Origin: Bacteroidota bacterium
Lineage (GTDB): Bacteria; Bacteroidota; Bacteroidia; Bacteroidales; FEN-979
Direction of reading: 5' to 3'
Length of the DNA stretch: 64,000 bases
Assembly (NCBI GenBank): GCA_037138335.1
Contig: JBAXIO010000002.1
Coordinates: forward strand, 142,315-206,314
How positions within the stretch are numbered: position 1 is the stretch's first letter; every line of letters begins with the position of its first letter. Both the position numbers and the translations under genes were made by a program. The notes under the pieces were generated by a model. The model did no database searches. It saw only the letters and a program-made list of their open reading frames with translations, and was not told the origin of the DNA. Below are positions 34,701 through 43,000 of this stretch, piece by piece.

Positions 34701-37605
34701 CAAACCAATCGCCAACTTCAGCAATGCCTCCGGTGCCTGCGCCCTGATGACCAACGAGTTCACCGACCTCTCCCAGTCGAACGGCGGAACAGCTGTTGTA
34801 GGCTGGCTTTGGGACTTCGGCGACCCCTCTACTGGTTCCAACAACACTTCAGACCAGAAGAACCCCACGCATGCGTTTTCGGCAGGCGGGCCTTTCTGGG
34901 TCAAACTGAAAGTAACCAACGCAACCGGATGTTATGATACATTGAAAAAACAGATCTCTGTGAATGCGGCTCCGGTTCCATTGTTCTCGTTTGACACGGC
35001 CTGTGTGGTCAGCTTAACACAATTCCACGACCTTTCAACATCATCGAGCGGTTCTATTAACGCATGGTCATGGAACTTTGGCGATCCTTCTTCAGGCGGG
35101 AATAATACCTCCACCTTGCAAAATCCTACGCATAATTATTCAAGTCCGGGAAATTACATGGTGAAGCTCAGTGTTACAACAACAAACAATTGTACCAGGG
35201 ATACCATAATGCAGATTGCGGTCAGCCCGAAACCTGTGGCCTTGTTCCAATACACTGCAGCCTGTGCCCAGGATTCTACACATTTTACTGACCTGTCGAT
35301 TGCACCCAACAGCCAGGTTGTGGCCTGGTCCTGGGATTTCGGTGATGGTGGCACTGCAACCATCAAAAATCCCAATCATAAATTTGCTACGGGAGGAACC
35401 TACAATGTCAAGGAGGTTGTGACTAATCTCAGCGGTTGCAAGGACTCGGTGGTCGTTGCAGTTCTGGTACATCTGAAACCGGTTTCCGCTTTCCAGTATA
35501 ACAGCAAATACTGCCCGAAAGGACAGATTACGTTCCAGGATATGTCAACGGCATCAGGTGCTGTTATTACCGACCGTTTGTGGATATTTGAACAAGGGGC
35601 CACCTCAACTGTCGCAAATCCTGTATACACATTCCCGGTAACCGATACAATTTACCTGGTGACACTGATGGTAACCGATACCTATGGTTGCAAGGATACC
35701 ATCGTCGACAGCGTCAGGGTGAAACCCGGCTTCAGGTTCTCCTTTGTTGACAGTACGGTATGCTTCGGCAATCCTACTATTTTCCATCCGGTCAATTACA
35801 ATATGGGTCAGGACTCGTTATATTCCCCGAGATGGGATTTCGGTGACCCGAATTCCGGCCCGGCGAATTACTCAGGCTTATATAATACAACCCATGTCTT
35901 TACTGCTCCGGGATTATATAACGTTAAACTGAGAGTTTTCAACACCGATAATTGTGTTGACAGCGTTTTCAGAACAGTTCAGGTATATGCCCTGCCCAAA
36001 CCTCATTTCTCGGCTGCAATCGCCCAGTGCGACAGCATAATGCATTTCACAGATACGACCAGTAATTACGGTACGGGTACCATTAAACAATGGGAGTGGA
36101 TATTCGGCGACGGTTCTCCTAATGTGATCATTACAACACCTCCCGGCGACACCTCCCATTGGTACGTTGCTACGGGTGATTACCGGGTCACTTTGATCGT
36201 TACAAATACCAAGGGATGCGTCGACAGCATATCCCAGGGTGTGACCAGGCTCCCGTGCATCAGGGCAAATTACAATTACCCGGATACCAATTGTATGAAC
36301 TATATGGTAACATTCCAGGATACTTCAGTGCCGACATACAGGATCAAGCAATGGAAATGGTCATGGGGTGACGGGAAAGACACATCATATATCCAATACA
36401 GCAAGTTCGTAGTACATAAATTTACGAGCCCGGGTACTTTCAAGGTCAAACTATGGATCAAGGCCGTTGTAAATGCGAAGAACATCCTCGACAGTCTCAC
36501 TCAGGATGTCCTGATACATCCCACACCAAAAACCTTGTTCTCAAATGTTCCCGTTTGCCTGAAACAGCCTGCAATGTTCAGGGATACTTCGTTTACTAAC
36601 GGTGAAGCTGTCTCGGCATGGAGTTGGGATTTTGGTGAACCTTCATCAGCCCCCAGGAATACATCCACACTGAGTAATCCTAACCATATTTATGCCACAA
36701 GGGATACTTTTAATGTGAAGCTCGTAGTCATGAACAGGTTTGGATGTAAGGATTCGCTTACAAAACCCTTGAGAATATATGGACTTCCGCTTGCCCGCTT
36801 CAAATACACAGCGGCATGTACGGGCGACCCCACATTCTTCAGGGATTCCTCATCCATTTCCGACACCACCATTGGATTCTGGCGCTGGAAATTCAACCCG
36901 TCGGTTATGAAGGACACTTCATTGCTGAAGGATCCCAGTTTTAAATACAAAAATGCCGGAGATTACCTTGTTCGCCTGATTGTTAAAGATTACTTCGGAT
37001 GCCTGGATACTATTATTGATACCGTTTCGGTGCATGTGACCCCGGTCTCCGCCTTTACCCTGATCAACGGATATGACGGGACCCCGGGTAAAGTCAAGCT
37101 TAATAACCTCTCATCCGGGGCCACAGGGTATTCATGGGATTTCGGTAACGGGAAGACCAGTAATGATACCAACCCGGTCGCCTCATTTACCGAGGACGGT
37201 ACTTATACTATCAGATTGATTTCCTCAAACCAGTATGGTTGTGTGGATACGACTTATTACGAATATAAAATACTGTTCCGCGGACTTTTTGTACCAAATG
37301 CATTTGCACCAAACAGCGGGAATATGGCAGTTCGGTTGTTCAAACCTGTGGGGATGAATCTGAAAACATACCATATCCAGGTATTTGATACCTGGGGGCA
37401 TCAGGTTTGGGAATCCAACAAGCTCGACAATAACGGGGCTCCTTATGAAGGATGGGACGGTACGTTAAATGGGGCGTTGATGCCGCAGGGTAATTATTTC
37501 TGGAAAGTCACTGCCACCTTCGTCGACGATTCCCCGTGGACCGGTTCTGATACCGGGGTGAAAGGCGGAAACGGTACTATGGGGACAGTAATTTTATTAA
37601 GATAA
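28777..37605 (+). CDS. Giant cell-surface protein: about 31 PKD domains plus T9SS type-B (gliding-motility, CHU_C) C-terminal sorting domain
   Basis: 2942 aa with a signal peptide. I counted 31 recurrences of the 'W(D/N)FGD(G/P)' block, each followed by 'Y.V.L.V.N..GC'. The last ~100 aa (nt ~37275-37602), 'FVPNAFAPNSGN...YEGWDGTLNGALMPQGNYFWKV', match the TIGR04131-type CTD. Confidence 0.92.
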   Translation: MRNLTLRLFFICGFLLLSSPFLIAQNAPNAACPDTQPVVIGPDVVRAGQTVTYMTYDIPGHSYTWVVPAGGSASILNQNQVTITWGSTPMTVVLKIREGNSAKPGCVEVETQKKITIQPLLHAFYYYQYETGTCFYNKVDFTGDVSVHPGQTITYAWDFGDPASGVSNTSVLPNPSHIFPTVSGLTYTVTLTLTNTAGQQDMITDYVYVDPDTYKPIAVLPVPANPNCLSQAYTFNAAGSQPTFKPTSETFLYVDWDFGDGTTAHYEKFGSTPPVLQTTHIYASYGTKTVTLTLTNTVHCMVTKTIQVDVPNTMPVAGFLVAKSCVNEPTSFTDISSTPIAPLVITDWSWDWNDGSNSTYNYITNPPPVPVIHPFMDLASHNVTLTVTNSNGCKNIYSLPVQAEPSPQANFSYPVVICSGDVVQFKDMSSPLTGSPIVSYQWNFGDPTSPSNTSILQNPTHLFSGAGNFIITLTVANNAGCVNTKTLPVANPLVVNPHPDIDFTQVQGVTAYEQIFTSIINPAQHVGNNVYWEFGDGTNGFGSPITHNYPGPGSFTARCTATDMVTGCTNVVTHDMMLGGPPAACFTANPPNECQNVNILFVPCPPGGQIDFEDWDFGDGTPVQHFVPPFTPASPTHSYIAPGPYHVKRVVNQGTPLEASFDLWVTIYDSPTANFIWFSDPAHLHQSQACDGQDVYFVDQSFANSTPPGTIYQWLWTFDDPLSGAANTSTLQNPTHTFMSGQTSYNVTLQAWENLENCPSPVKTINVPINTPIPVEFGYGTNVCLDQAVNFTTDPAALPPSDYTWLWDFGDGNNSAAPGSVSHLYASVGDYTVTLTLTDVNGCSKSKQHIISIIPKPIANFMFASPTCFGSAIQFTDLSVVPLPYNDVIVGWDWDFGDGTLHDLTRNPTHIYAVYSSTGWNVTLTVTTNRGCSQTRTINVQQVASPLADFQVTGGTFSCVAPQSVHFSDLSQTNGGGNLMSWSWDFGDPASGAFNFSTAQNPSHIYNTSGPKRITLIVSNTNYCNDTIFHDITINALPLPDFAFSTPCLGNNTLFTDNTIPNAAGILSWAWDFGDGGTSPLQNPQHLFATAGTHTVTLVVVNSNGCTNTKVKTINVNPKPVVDFIETSPFCQHAQVTFTSQAYVPAGFTSFINNWMWRFGDGSAVGIGPVVTHTYLDASISHTVTLIATTTDGCVDSVSKVVTGIAAPIADFTNLGVGCLGQSLSFVDNSQSNGGGTISQWSWNFDDPGSGSSNTSTLQNPTHSFTSAVVHHVSLTVTNVNGCTATKTNDVSIAAKPVADFTSSSSCLGNLTVFTDKSTTLTGSLVLWAWDFGDGGTALTQNPTYMFSTPGLHYVTLTVTNSNGCTQSVTYPVEVYPYPVTSFGFSSPTCAGNSVTFTDMSITGHGYIVRRMWDFGDGNLLNTTSVSTTHQYANGGTYNVTLIVKTSDSCTGTKTISVPIQFAPVASFTAINSLCVLTPVQFNDNSQPNGGGTITQWNWNFGDPGSGGNNNSTQQNPVHNFSASGVFKVRLTVANADGCIGKDSMMVTINANPVANFTATNACQGNATTFTDNSIPNAGVIVSWLWNFGDGGSSAVQNPTYTYVTGGIFNVTLTVTTSNGCIHSVSKPVEVWARPNIQFSYTSPTCAGSSVTFTDISVPSHGYITNRNWDFGDGNTGTSASPTISHTYTTGGNYQVILSITTSDNCTGNNTISVPIQYNPISGFQWSNAVCALAPVQFTDISQPNGGGQITQWNWTFGDPGSGGNNTSTQQNPAHNFSAAGQFMVHLKVTNASGCYKDSSAQITIEANPTATFTATSVCKGSPTVFTGTPGAGTIATWSWDFGDGGTGSGQNPSYTYANDGTYTVVLNVASSGGCLGTYSKTIQVYGSPVSQFKFSSPTCASDSVQFTDLSVTAHGSINKWEWDFGDGGTITITFPGNANVKHKYANGGNYNVKLKITTSDNCTNEITLPVSVEFKPIANFSNASGACALMTNEFTDLSQSNGGTAVVGWLWDFGDPSTGSNNTSDQKNPTHAFSAGGPFWVKLKVTNATGCYDTLKKQISVNAAPVPLFSFDTACVVSLTQFHDLSTSSSGSINAWSWNFGDPSSGGNNTSTLQNPTHNYSSPGNYMVKLSVTTTNNCTRDTIMQIAVSPKPVALFQYTAACAQDSTHFTDLSIAPNSQVVAWSWDFGDGGTATIKNPNHKFATGGTYNVKEVVTNLSGCKDSVVVAVLVHLKPVSAFQYNSKYCPKGQITFQDMSTASGAVITDRLWIFEQGATSTVANPVYTFPVTDTIYLVTLMVTDTYGCKDTIVDSVRVKPGFRFSFVDSTVCFGNPTIFHPVNYNMGQDSLYSPRWDFGDPNSGPANYSGLYNTTHVFTAPGLYNVKLRVFNTDNCVDSVFRTVQVYALPKPHFSAAIAQCDSIMHFTDTTSNYGTGTIKQWEWIFGDGSPNVIITTPPGDTSHWYVATGDYRVTLIVTNTKGCVDSISQGVTRLPCIRANYNYPDTNCMNYMVTFQDTSVPTYRIKQWKWSWGDGKDTSYIQYSKFVVHKFTSPGTFKVKLWIKAVVNAKNILDSLTQDVLIHPTPKTLFSNVPVCLKQPAMFRDTSFTNGEAVSAWSWDFGEPSSAPRNTSTLSNPNHIYATRDTFNVKLVVMNRFGCKDSLTKPLRIYGLPLARFKYTAACTGDPTFFRDSSSISDTTIGFWRWKFNPSVMKDTSLLKDPSFKYKNAGDYLVRLIVKDYFGCLDTIIDTVSVHVTPVSAFTLINGYDGTPGKVKLNNLSSGATGYSWDFGNGKTSNDTNPVASFTEDGTYTIRLISSNQYGCVDTTYYEYKILFRGLFVPNAFAPNSGNMAVRLFKPVGMNLKTYHIQVFDTWGHQVWESNKLDNNGAPYEGWDGTLNGALMPQGNYFWKVTATFVDDSPWTGSDTGVKGGNGTMGTVILLR
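31620..34695 (+). repeat. Four tandem copies of a 3-PKD-domain super-repeat (~765-775 nt each), in frame
   Basis: Unit starts are near 31620, 32398, 33160 and 33928. Each unit has domain type A ('SQ.NGGG.I..W.W.FGDPGSG..N.S..QNP.H.F'), type B ('IPNA..I..W.W.FGDGG......NP'), then type C ('FTD.S...HGYI....WDFGDGN'). Confidence 0.8.
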
Positions 37606-37630
37606 TATAATCTAACTAACATACAGCTCG

Positions 37631-38740
37631 ATGAAAAAGCTCTCATGTATTCTTTGCCTGCTGGTTCTGGGGTGGATATTGCCGATGACATCCGCCCTGG
37701 GACAGGACATGAATTTCACGCAGTATTTCAGTGCACCCCTCTATGTGAACCCTGCTTTTACCGGCATCAATACCGGTGTGCGTGCAAGGTTCCTGTTCAG
37801 GGATCAATGGCCTGCTGCCCCTATTGCTTACAAATCATATTATTTTTCGGCTGACCTGGGTGACCGTGCATTGCCTGGCGCAGGCGGCCTTGGGCTCGTT
37901 GTACAATCGGACAACCCCGGCGCGGGCCTGATCAATAACCTGAATGCCGCCCTGACTATCGGCGTACGTATTCCTATCACAAGTTTCCTGGTGGCCCAGG
38001 TTGGTGTTAAAGCGGGGATCATGCAAAGGAGGATTTCCTATGATGACCTTGTTTTTACGAGCAGCCTTGACCCCAGGTACGGAAATATATACCAGAGCGG
38101 GTTCACTGATTTCAACGCGAGCAAGAGAGTGGTTCCTGATTTCGGCGCAGGTGGTTTGTTACAATTCTCTTCAACAGAAGGTAATATTACCGGTAATATC
38201 GGATTTGCAGTTGATCATATTTTCAAACCTGATGTGTCTTTTCTTTCTGTCGGTTCTTCACAGTACCCCAGGAAATGGGTGGGGCATTTCGACCTTGTAA
38301 TTTCAACCGGTCCGGGAGGAAATTCTAATGCCATGTATGCCAGTTCCTCTGAACCTCTTAAAGTCAACATCGGAGGTTTATATATGAATCAGGCTAACCT
38401 GAATTCACTGGAAGTCGGCCTAAACCTGTTAAAATACAATATTTACCTGGGTTGCTGGTACAAGAGCACGCTCACCGGCATCGTCAATAGTTCCTGTGCA
38501 ATCCTGGCCGGGTATAAGTTCAATTTCTATGAGAATATGAGTGTGAAATTTATTTACTCCTACGATATACAGATTAGCGGTGCATTACAGGGAACCGGAG
38601 GTGCGCATGAGATAAGCCTTATACTTGAGTTTGACAAGCTGTCAATCTTCGGAGGCGGAGGCGGTGGCAGTTCACTCCCAGGAGGGACCGGAGGTTCCAA
38701 GAGATATGGCGGGCCAATGGAATGCCCGAGTTTCTATTAA
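37631..38740 (+). CDS. PorP/SprF-family type IX secretion system membrane protein
   Basis: 369 aa with a signal peptide. N-terminal signature 'QDMNFTQYFSAPLYVNPAFTG'. Gly-rich tail ending in 'CPSFY'. Starts 25 nt after the type-B-CTD cargo gene. Confidence 0.86.
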   Translation: MKKLSCILCLLVLGWILPMTSALGQDMNFTQYFSAPLYVNPAFTGINTGVRARFLFRDQWPAAPIAYKSYYFSADLGDRALPGAGGLGLVVQSDNPGAGLINNLNAALTIGVRIPITSFLVAQVGVKAGIMQRRISYDDLVFTSSLDPRYGNIYQSGFTDFNASKRVVPDFGAGGLLQFSSTEGNITGNIGFAVDHIFKPDVSFLSVGSSQYPRKWVGHFDLVISTGPGGNSNAMYASSSEPLKVNIGGLYMNQANLNSLEVGLNLLKYNIYLGCWYKSTLTGIVNSSCAILAGYKFNFYENMSVKFIYSYDIQISGALQGTGGAHEISLILEFDKLSIFGGGGGGSSLPGGTGGSKRYGGPMECPSFY

Positions 38741-38764
38741 CATTCAAATCGGAATTGAAAAAAA

Positions 38765-38796
38765 GAAGCCGGGCATCAACCCGGCTTCTTTTTTTT
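38765..38796. terminator. Bidirectional intrinsic terminator between PorP/SprF and icd
   Basis: 'AAAAAA-GAAGCCGGG-CATCAA-CCCGGCTTC-TTTTTTT'. A-tract and T-tract flank a 9-bp GC-rich stem. Overlaps the icd stop codon. Confidence 0.75.
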
Positions 38797-40057
38797 ACAT
38801 GTTCGCAATAATCTCTGAACCGAATTCAGAGCATTTGAGCTTGGTGGCCCCTTCCATCTGGCGTTCAAAGTCATAGGTAACCCTTTTCTTCGCAATCGCC
38901 CCTTCCAGCCCTTTAACAATAAGGTCTGCCGCTTCGTTCCAACCCATATATTCCAGCATCATTACACCCGAAAGGATGACCGAGCCCGGGTTCACCTGGT
39001 CTTTATTGGCATATTTCGGAGCGGTGCCGTGCGTTGCTTCAAACACAGCATGGCCTGTTACATAATTGATATTGGCACCGGGAGCAATCCCGATCCCGCC
39101 TACAATAGCTGCCAGAGCATCGGAAATATAATCGCCGTTAAGGTTCAGGGTTGCTATTACCGAATACTCTGCCGGGCGGGTCAGGATCTGCTGGAGGAAT
39201 GCATCGGCAATCACATCCTTGATGATGATGCGGCCTTCCGCAACAGCCTTTTTCTGGGCATCTTCTGCAGCCTGTTCCCCATCCTTGTCCTTTATCTTAT
39301 CATACCGGGCCCAGGTAAAGACCTTATCCCCGAATTCTTTTTCGGCAAGATCATATCCCCAGGTCTTAAACATCCCTTCAGTGAATTTCATGATATTCCC
39401 TTTATGGACAATGGTGACCGAAGGAAGTTTCTTTTCAATGGCATACCCGATAGAAGCTCTTACCAGGCGCTCAGTTCCATCTTTCGACACAGGCTTTATG
39501 CCAATGGATGAACTTTCGGGGAACCGTATTTTTTTTACACCCATTTCCAGGATCAGGAAATCGAGGACCTTCTTTACTTCAGCTGTCCCCGCCATCCATT
39601 CAATACCGGCATAAATGTCCTCGGAGTTCTCACGGAAAATTACCATCTCGGTAAGTTCGGGCTTCTTAACCGGAGAAGGAACCCCCTTGAAATATCTCAC
39701 GGGCCTCAGGCAAACATAAAGATCAAGTATCTGCCTCAAAGCAACGTTGAGCGAACGTATCCCTCCGCCTACCGGTGTGGTGAGAGGCCCTTTGATGGCA
39801 ACAAGATATTCCCTGATTTCATCCAGGGTTGCCTGGGGTAACCATTCCCCTGTTTGCTTGAAAGCTTTCTCCCCTGCAAGGACTTCTTTCCAGTGTATCT
39901 TCCTTTTCCCGGCATATGCTTTTTCAACAGCTGCATCGAAAACTTTCACACTTGCATTCCATATGTCAGGGCCTGTGCCATCTCCTTCAATGAAAGGAAT
40001 TACCGGATTCTCCGGAACTACCAGCCTGCCACCAGACAATGTTATCTTTTCTCCCAT
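38795..40057 (-). CDS. icd: NADP-dependent isocitrate dehydrogenase (homodimeric prokaryotic type)
   Basis: 420 aa. '[25 protein letters not shown]' and '[26 protein letters not shown]' signature blocks. Confidence 0.95.
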   Translation of the reverse strand: MGEKITLSGGRLVVPENPVIPFIEGDGTGPDIWNASVKVFDAAVEKAYAGKRKIHWKEVLAGEKAFKQTGEWLPQATLDEIREYLVAIKGPLTTPVGGGIRSLNVALRQILDLYVCLRPVRYFKGVPSPVKKPELTEMVIFRENSEDIYAGIEWMAGTAEVKKVLDFLILEMGVKKIRFPESSSIGIKPVSKDGTERLVRASIGYAIEKKLPSVTIVHKGNIMKFTEGMFKTWGYDLAEKEFGDKVFTWARYDKIKDKDGEQAAEDAQKKAVAEGRIIIKDVIADAFLQQILTRPAEYSVIATLNLNGDYISDALAAIVGGIGIAPGANINYVTGHAVFEATHGTAPKYANKDQVNPGSVILSGVMMLEYMGWNEAADLIVKGLEGAIAKKRVTYDFERQMEGATKLKCSEFGSEIIANM

Positions 40058-40084
40058 GGTATATAATTATTAATTAGTAAATAT

Positions 40085-43000
40085 TCAGTCATTAATTACC
40101 TTCACAAGGGCACCCCATTTCCGGTCAATCTCAAAGAAATGCTTCATATAGTAATTACCGAAAAGGAAATGGGCCTTGATGACTTTGATCCCGTAAGCCG
40201 ACATGCTGACAAAGAAATTGGCGATCATGGCCGAAGCTATCCCTTTCCCCTGTAATGACGAAGTTACTACGATGCCATCAAACAGGGCGGTCGTCTCATC
40301 CAGGTAATGCCAGGTAAGCCCGCCGATGATCTTTCCACGGGCATCGGTAACAACATGCTGGTGATCATGTTTACTGATCTCTTTTGGATAATTCTCCCTG
40401 AAGAACATCTGGTATAACTGCCCGATCTCCCGGGGTTCTCCCGGCTCATATTGCACGTAATGTTTCCCCTCGGCGTCGTTGATGTCGAAACGGACAAGCA
40501 CATGCTCTTTTGAACGTTCACCTATTTTCAGCAGGTCAATATGCTGATCGGTTTGCAGTCGAGGGAAGACCATATGGCTGAAAATGTTTTTATCTTCTTC
40601 TGCCGACAACGATGATTGCAAGTCCGACAGCTCGATAAGCTGGATAGGCAAGGTTTCCTGCTCTTCCTGCATTTTTTCAAGGAGCTTGTCAAATGAGGCT
40701 CTGACACCCTCGTCTGAATCCATAAAGAAGGTATGCCTGTAAAAATAATACCTGATCAGGTCGGGCCATGAATTCAGCCTGAACAGGTCCATGAGCTCCG
40801 TGATGGTTTGTTCCTTGGCTGCTGCTGTAGTGAGGGGATTTATACGGTACCAGTCTATATACTGGTCTATAGCTGAGTATAACGACAGCGGCAGGTGGAA
40901 GCGTTTGATGTTTTCGGTCAGGTACTTATTCAGGTGGTCCTTCAGGCTGGTCAGATCATGGCAAACGACTTTGTGCTTTTTTAGTTCGACTCTGAGTTTG
41001 ACCAGGAATTCAATTGCTTCTTCCTTGCCCAGGGCTTCAATGCAGGCATCAAAAATCCAGTTGATTTCTATCTGCTTTTTAACCCAGGGATACAAAGCCG
41101 TGGTTTTGCAATAGTAGTCCAATACGATAGGGATGACCAGGGAAAGCGGGCCTTTGTATTCCGACCAGCCGGTAAGGGTAAGTATGACAGCCGATTCACG
41201 GAAATCCATTTCAGGTATGGAAATATTGGTAGGGGTAATTGCGCCGGGAACAATCTGGTAGCCGCTGTGGTGCCATGCTTTAAACACTGTTGCCAGGGAA
41301 CGGATGAACACTTTTTTCCATGCGTTCGGTTTTACATAGCCGGAGGAGCGGTGGATTTCGGCAAACTCCCTTATTTTATCCCATGCGGTAAGCCCTCCTA
41401 TATACTGTGTGCTGAGTAGTCCCAGGTTGGGCCTGCTGCTTCCCAGCAGGGAAGCAACAGCAGCCCCGTAAGGAAAACCCGCTAGCGAAGCCTGCCAGTA
41501 AAATGTATCGGGGTTGGGTTTGAATTCAGGGTTGTTGCTGATCACGAAGTGAAGATCAAAATGTTTCCCGGCCTTAGTGTTTACACTGAGCCTGTAATGC
41601 TTGAATTCCTTGTACGCAAGTAGCCTCAGCACCCATATGCCTCCCGGGGGCACGTCTTTCAGATCAAAATCCCATTCATTAAAAGTCAGGATAATGCTTT
41701 CTTCCAGGAACTTCGTAGTCCTGAAAATCTTTATTATCCTTTCTTTATCAGTTTCCTGGATCCCGTGTTCAAAAATGAGTTTAGGTTTCCATGTTGAAGC
41801 AGGATATTTAGGGCCTCTTGCTTCAATATGGTTTTCAAATACCCGGGCCAGCCTGTAAAAATATTCCTCTGCTTTTTTTGACAGGTAAGGATCCTGGCGG
41901 TGAAGGATCCACCTTGATAATTCAGCCCTGACCGGTACATAGAAATCAAGATGCTGGAGTGCAAAGTTGTAAAGCATCCTGAGAACATTTTCGAACTGCT
42001 GCCTCATTTTCACCGGTGCAGGCCAGGGGAAGTGGGTACGGTAGAAATAAAGCCTTTGCTTGAGTGCATCAAGCCTGTGTTTCCCGATTTTGGATGAAGC
42101 GATGGCACGGATCGACTGCTCATTTAAGAACGAAAGACCCGATTCGAGGAACATGGGCAGGTTGGAAATTGTCTCAGGCTGAGGGGCATGGATCAGGATG
42201 GTGCGATAGGCCAGGCATCGGATCTCTTCGGAAGGATGAAATGCCAGGGCTTCAAGCCTCAGCCTCATCACTTCGGCAAGCCGGGGTTCCGAGTCGCCGA
42301 AAATATCGCCTATCTTAACGATAGCGCTGATTGAAGAAGACTCAGGGCCGAACAGGGCCTGGCACAGCAGCAGGTTGGCATTGGCCAGGAACTGGTCTCG
42401 GATATTCCTTGGGGCCTTGCATTCATAATTGCCTGTCAGCCCGGGTTCTGCAAGATAAATGCCTTCGGCCATCCCCTTCACGGGGACATCCCAACCTTCC
42501 TTAACCGGACAGAAGGAAATCAGGGAAGGGTTCCCTGTCCAGAGCTTTGGGGAACGGGTGAAAAGCCCCAGGTCAATTGTATCGTCACTTAAAGTATATA
42601 CCAGGTCACCTATAATCCAGCTTCCCGGCTTGCGTTTCCTGATATTCAGAACCTGTTTTGTTCTCTTGTTTACAAGCTGGTCTTTGCCAAAAACAATATC
42701 CGTTTCAAGTATGCCAAGGTCCCTGTATACCCACTTTGGGACAGAACAGGAAACAGCCCCTTTTTTAATCAGGACTACATTGCTCTGATAGAGGGAATCT
42801 ATCAGTTTCAGAAACCCGTTTTCAATGGCTTTCCTGTTGTAGGAACCTTTGGGGGTTAATTCCCCTTTTTCGGCGCTGAAGTCCCTGTCGAGAAGGGCGA
42901 AATTCACTACCCTCTCATAAGGCGCAACATCCTTGTTCGCCGACATGACAATCTGGTGGAAATATTCCCTGAGGTTATCGCCTTTACAAGAGGCGAAGAG

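Noticed and set aside
41160-41330. Possible AceK-like (isocitrate dehydrogenase kinase/phosphatase) segment in the middle of the 1543-aa protein. It was suggested by the adjacency to icd and a loose resemblance of 'YQIVPGAITPTNISIP...AVILTLTGW' to the AceK 'IFPGDMLFKNFGV...VVFYDYDE' region.
   Set aside because: The resemblance covers only a few residues. The would-be catalytic Asp positions are not conserved, and nothing else in the ~700-aa region aligns by eye. It is unsupported without a profile search. An HHpred hit to the AceK or protein-kinase-like fold would revive it.
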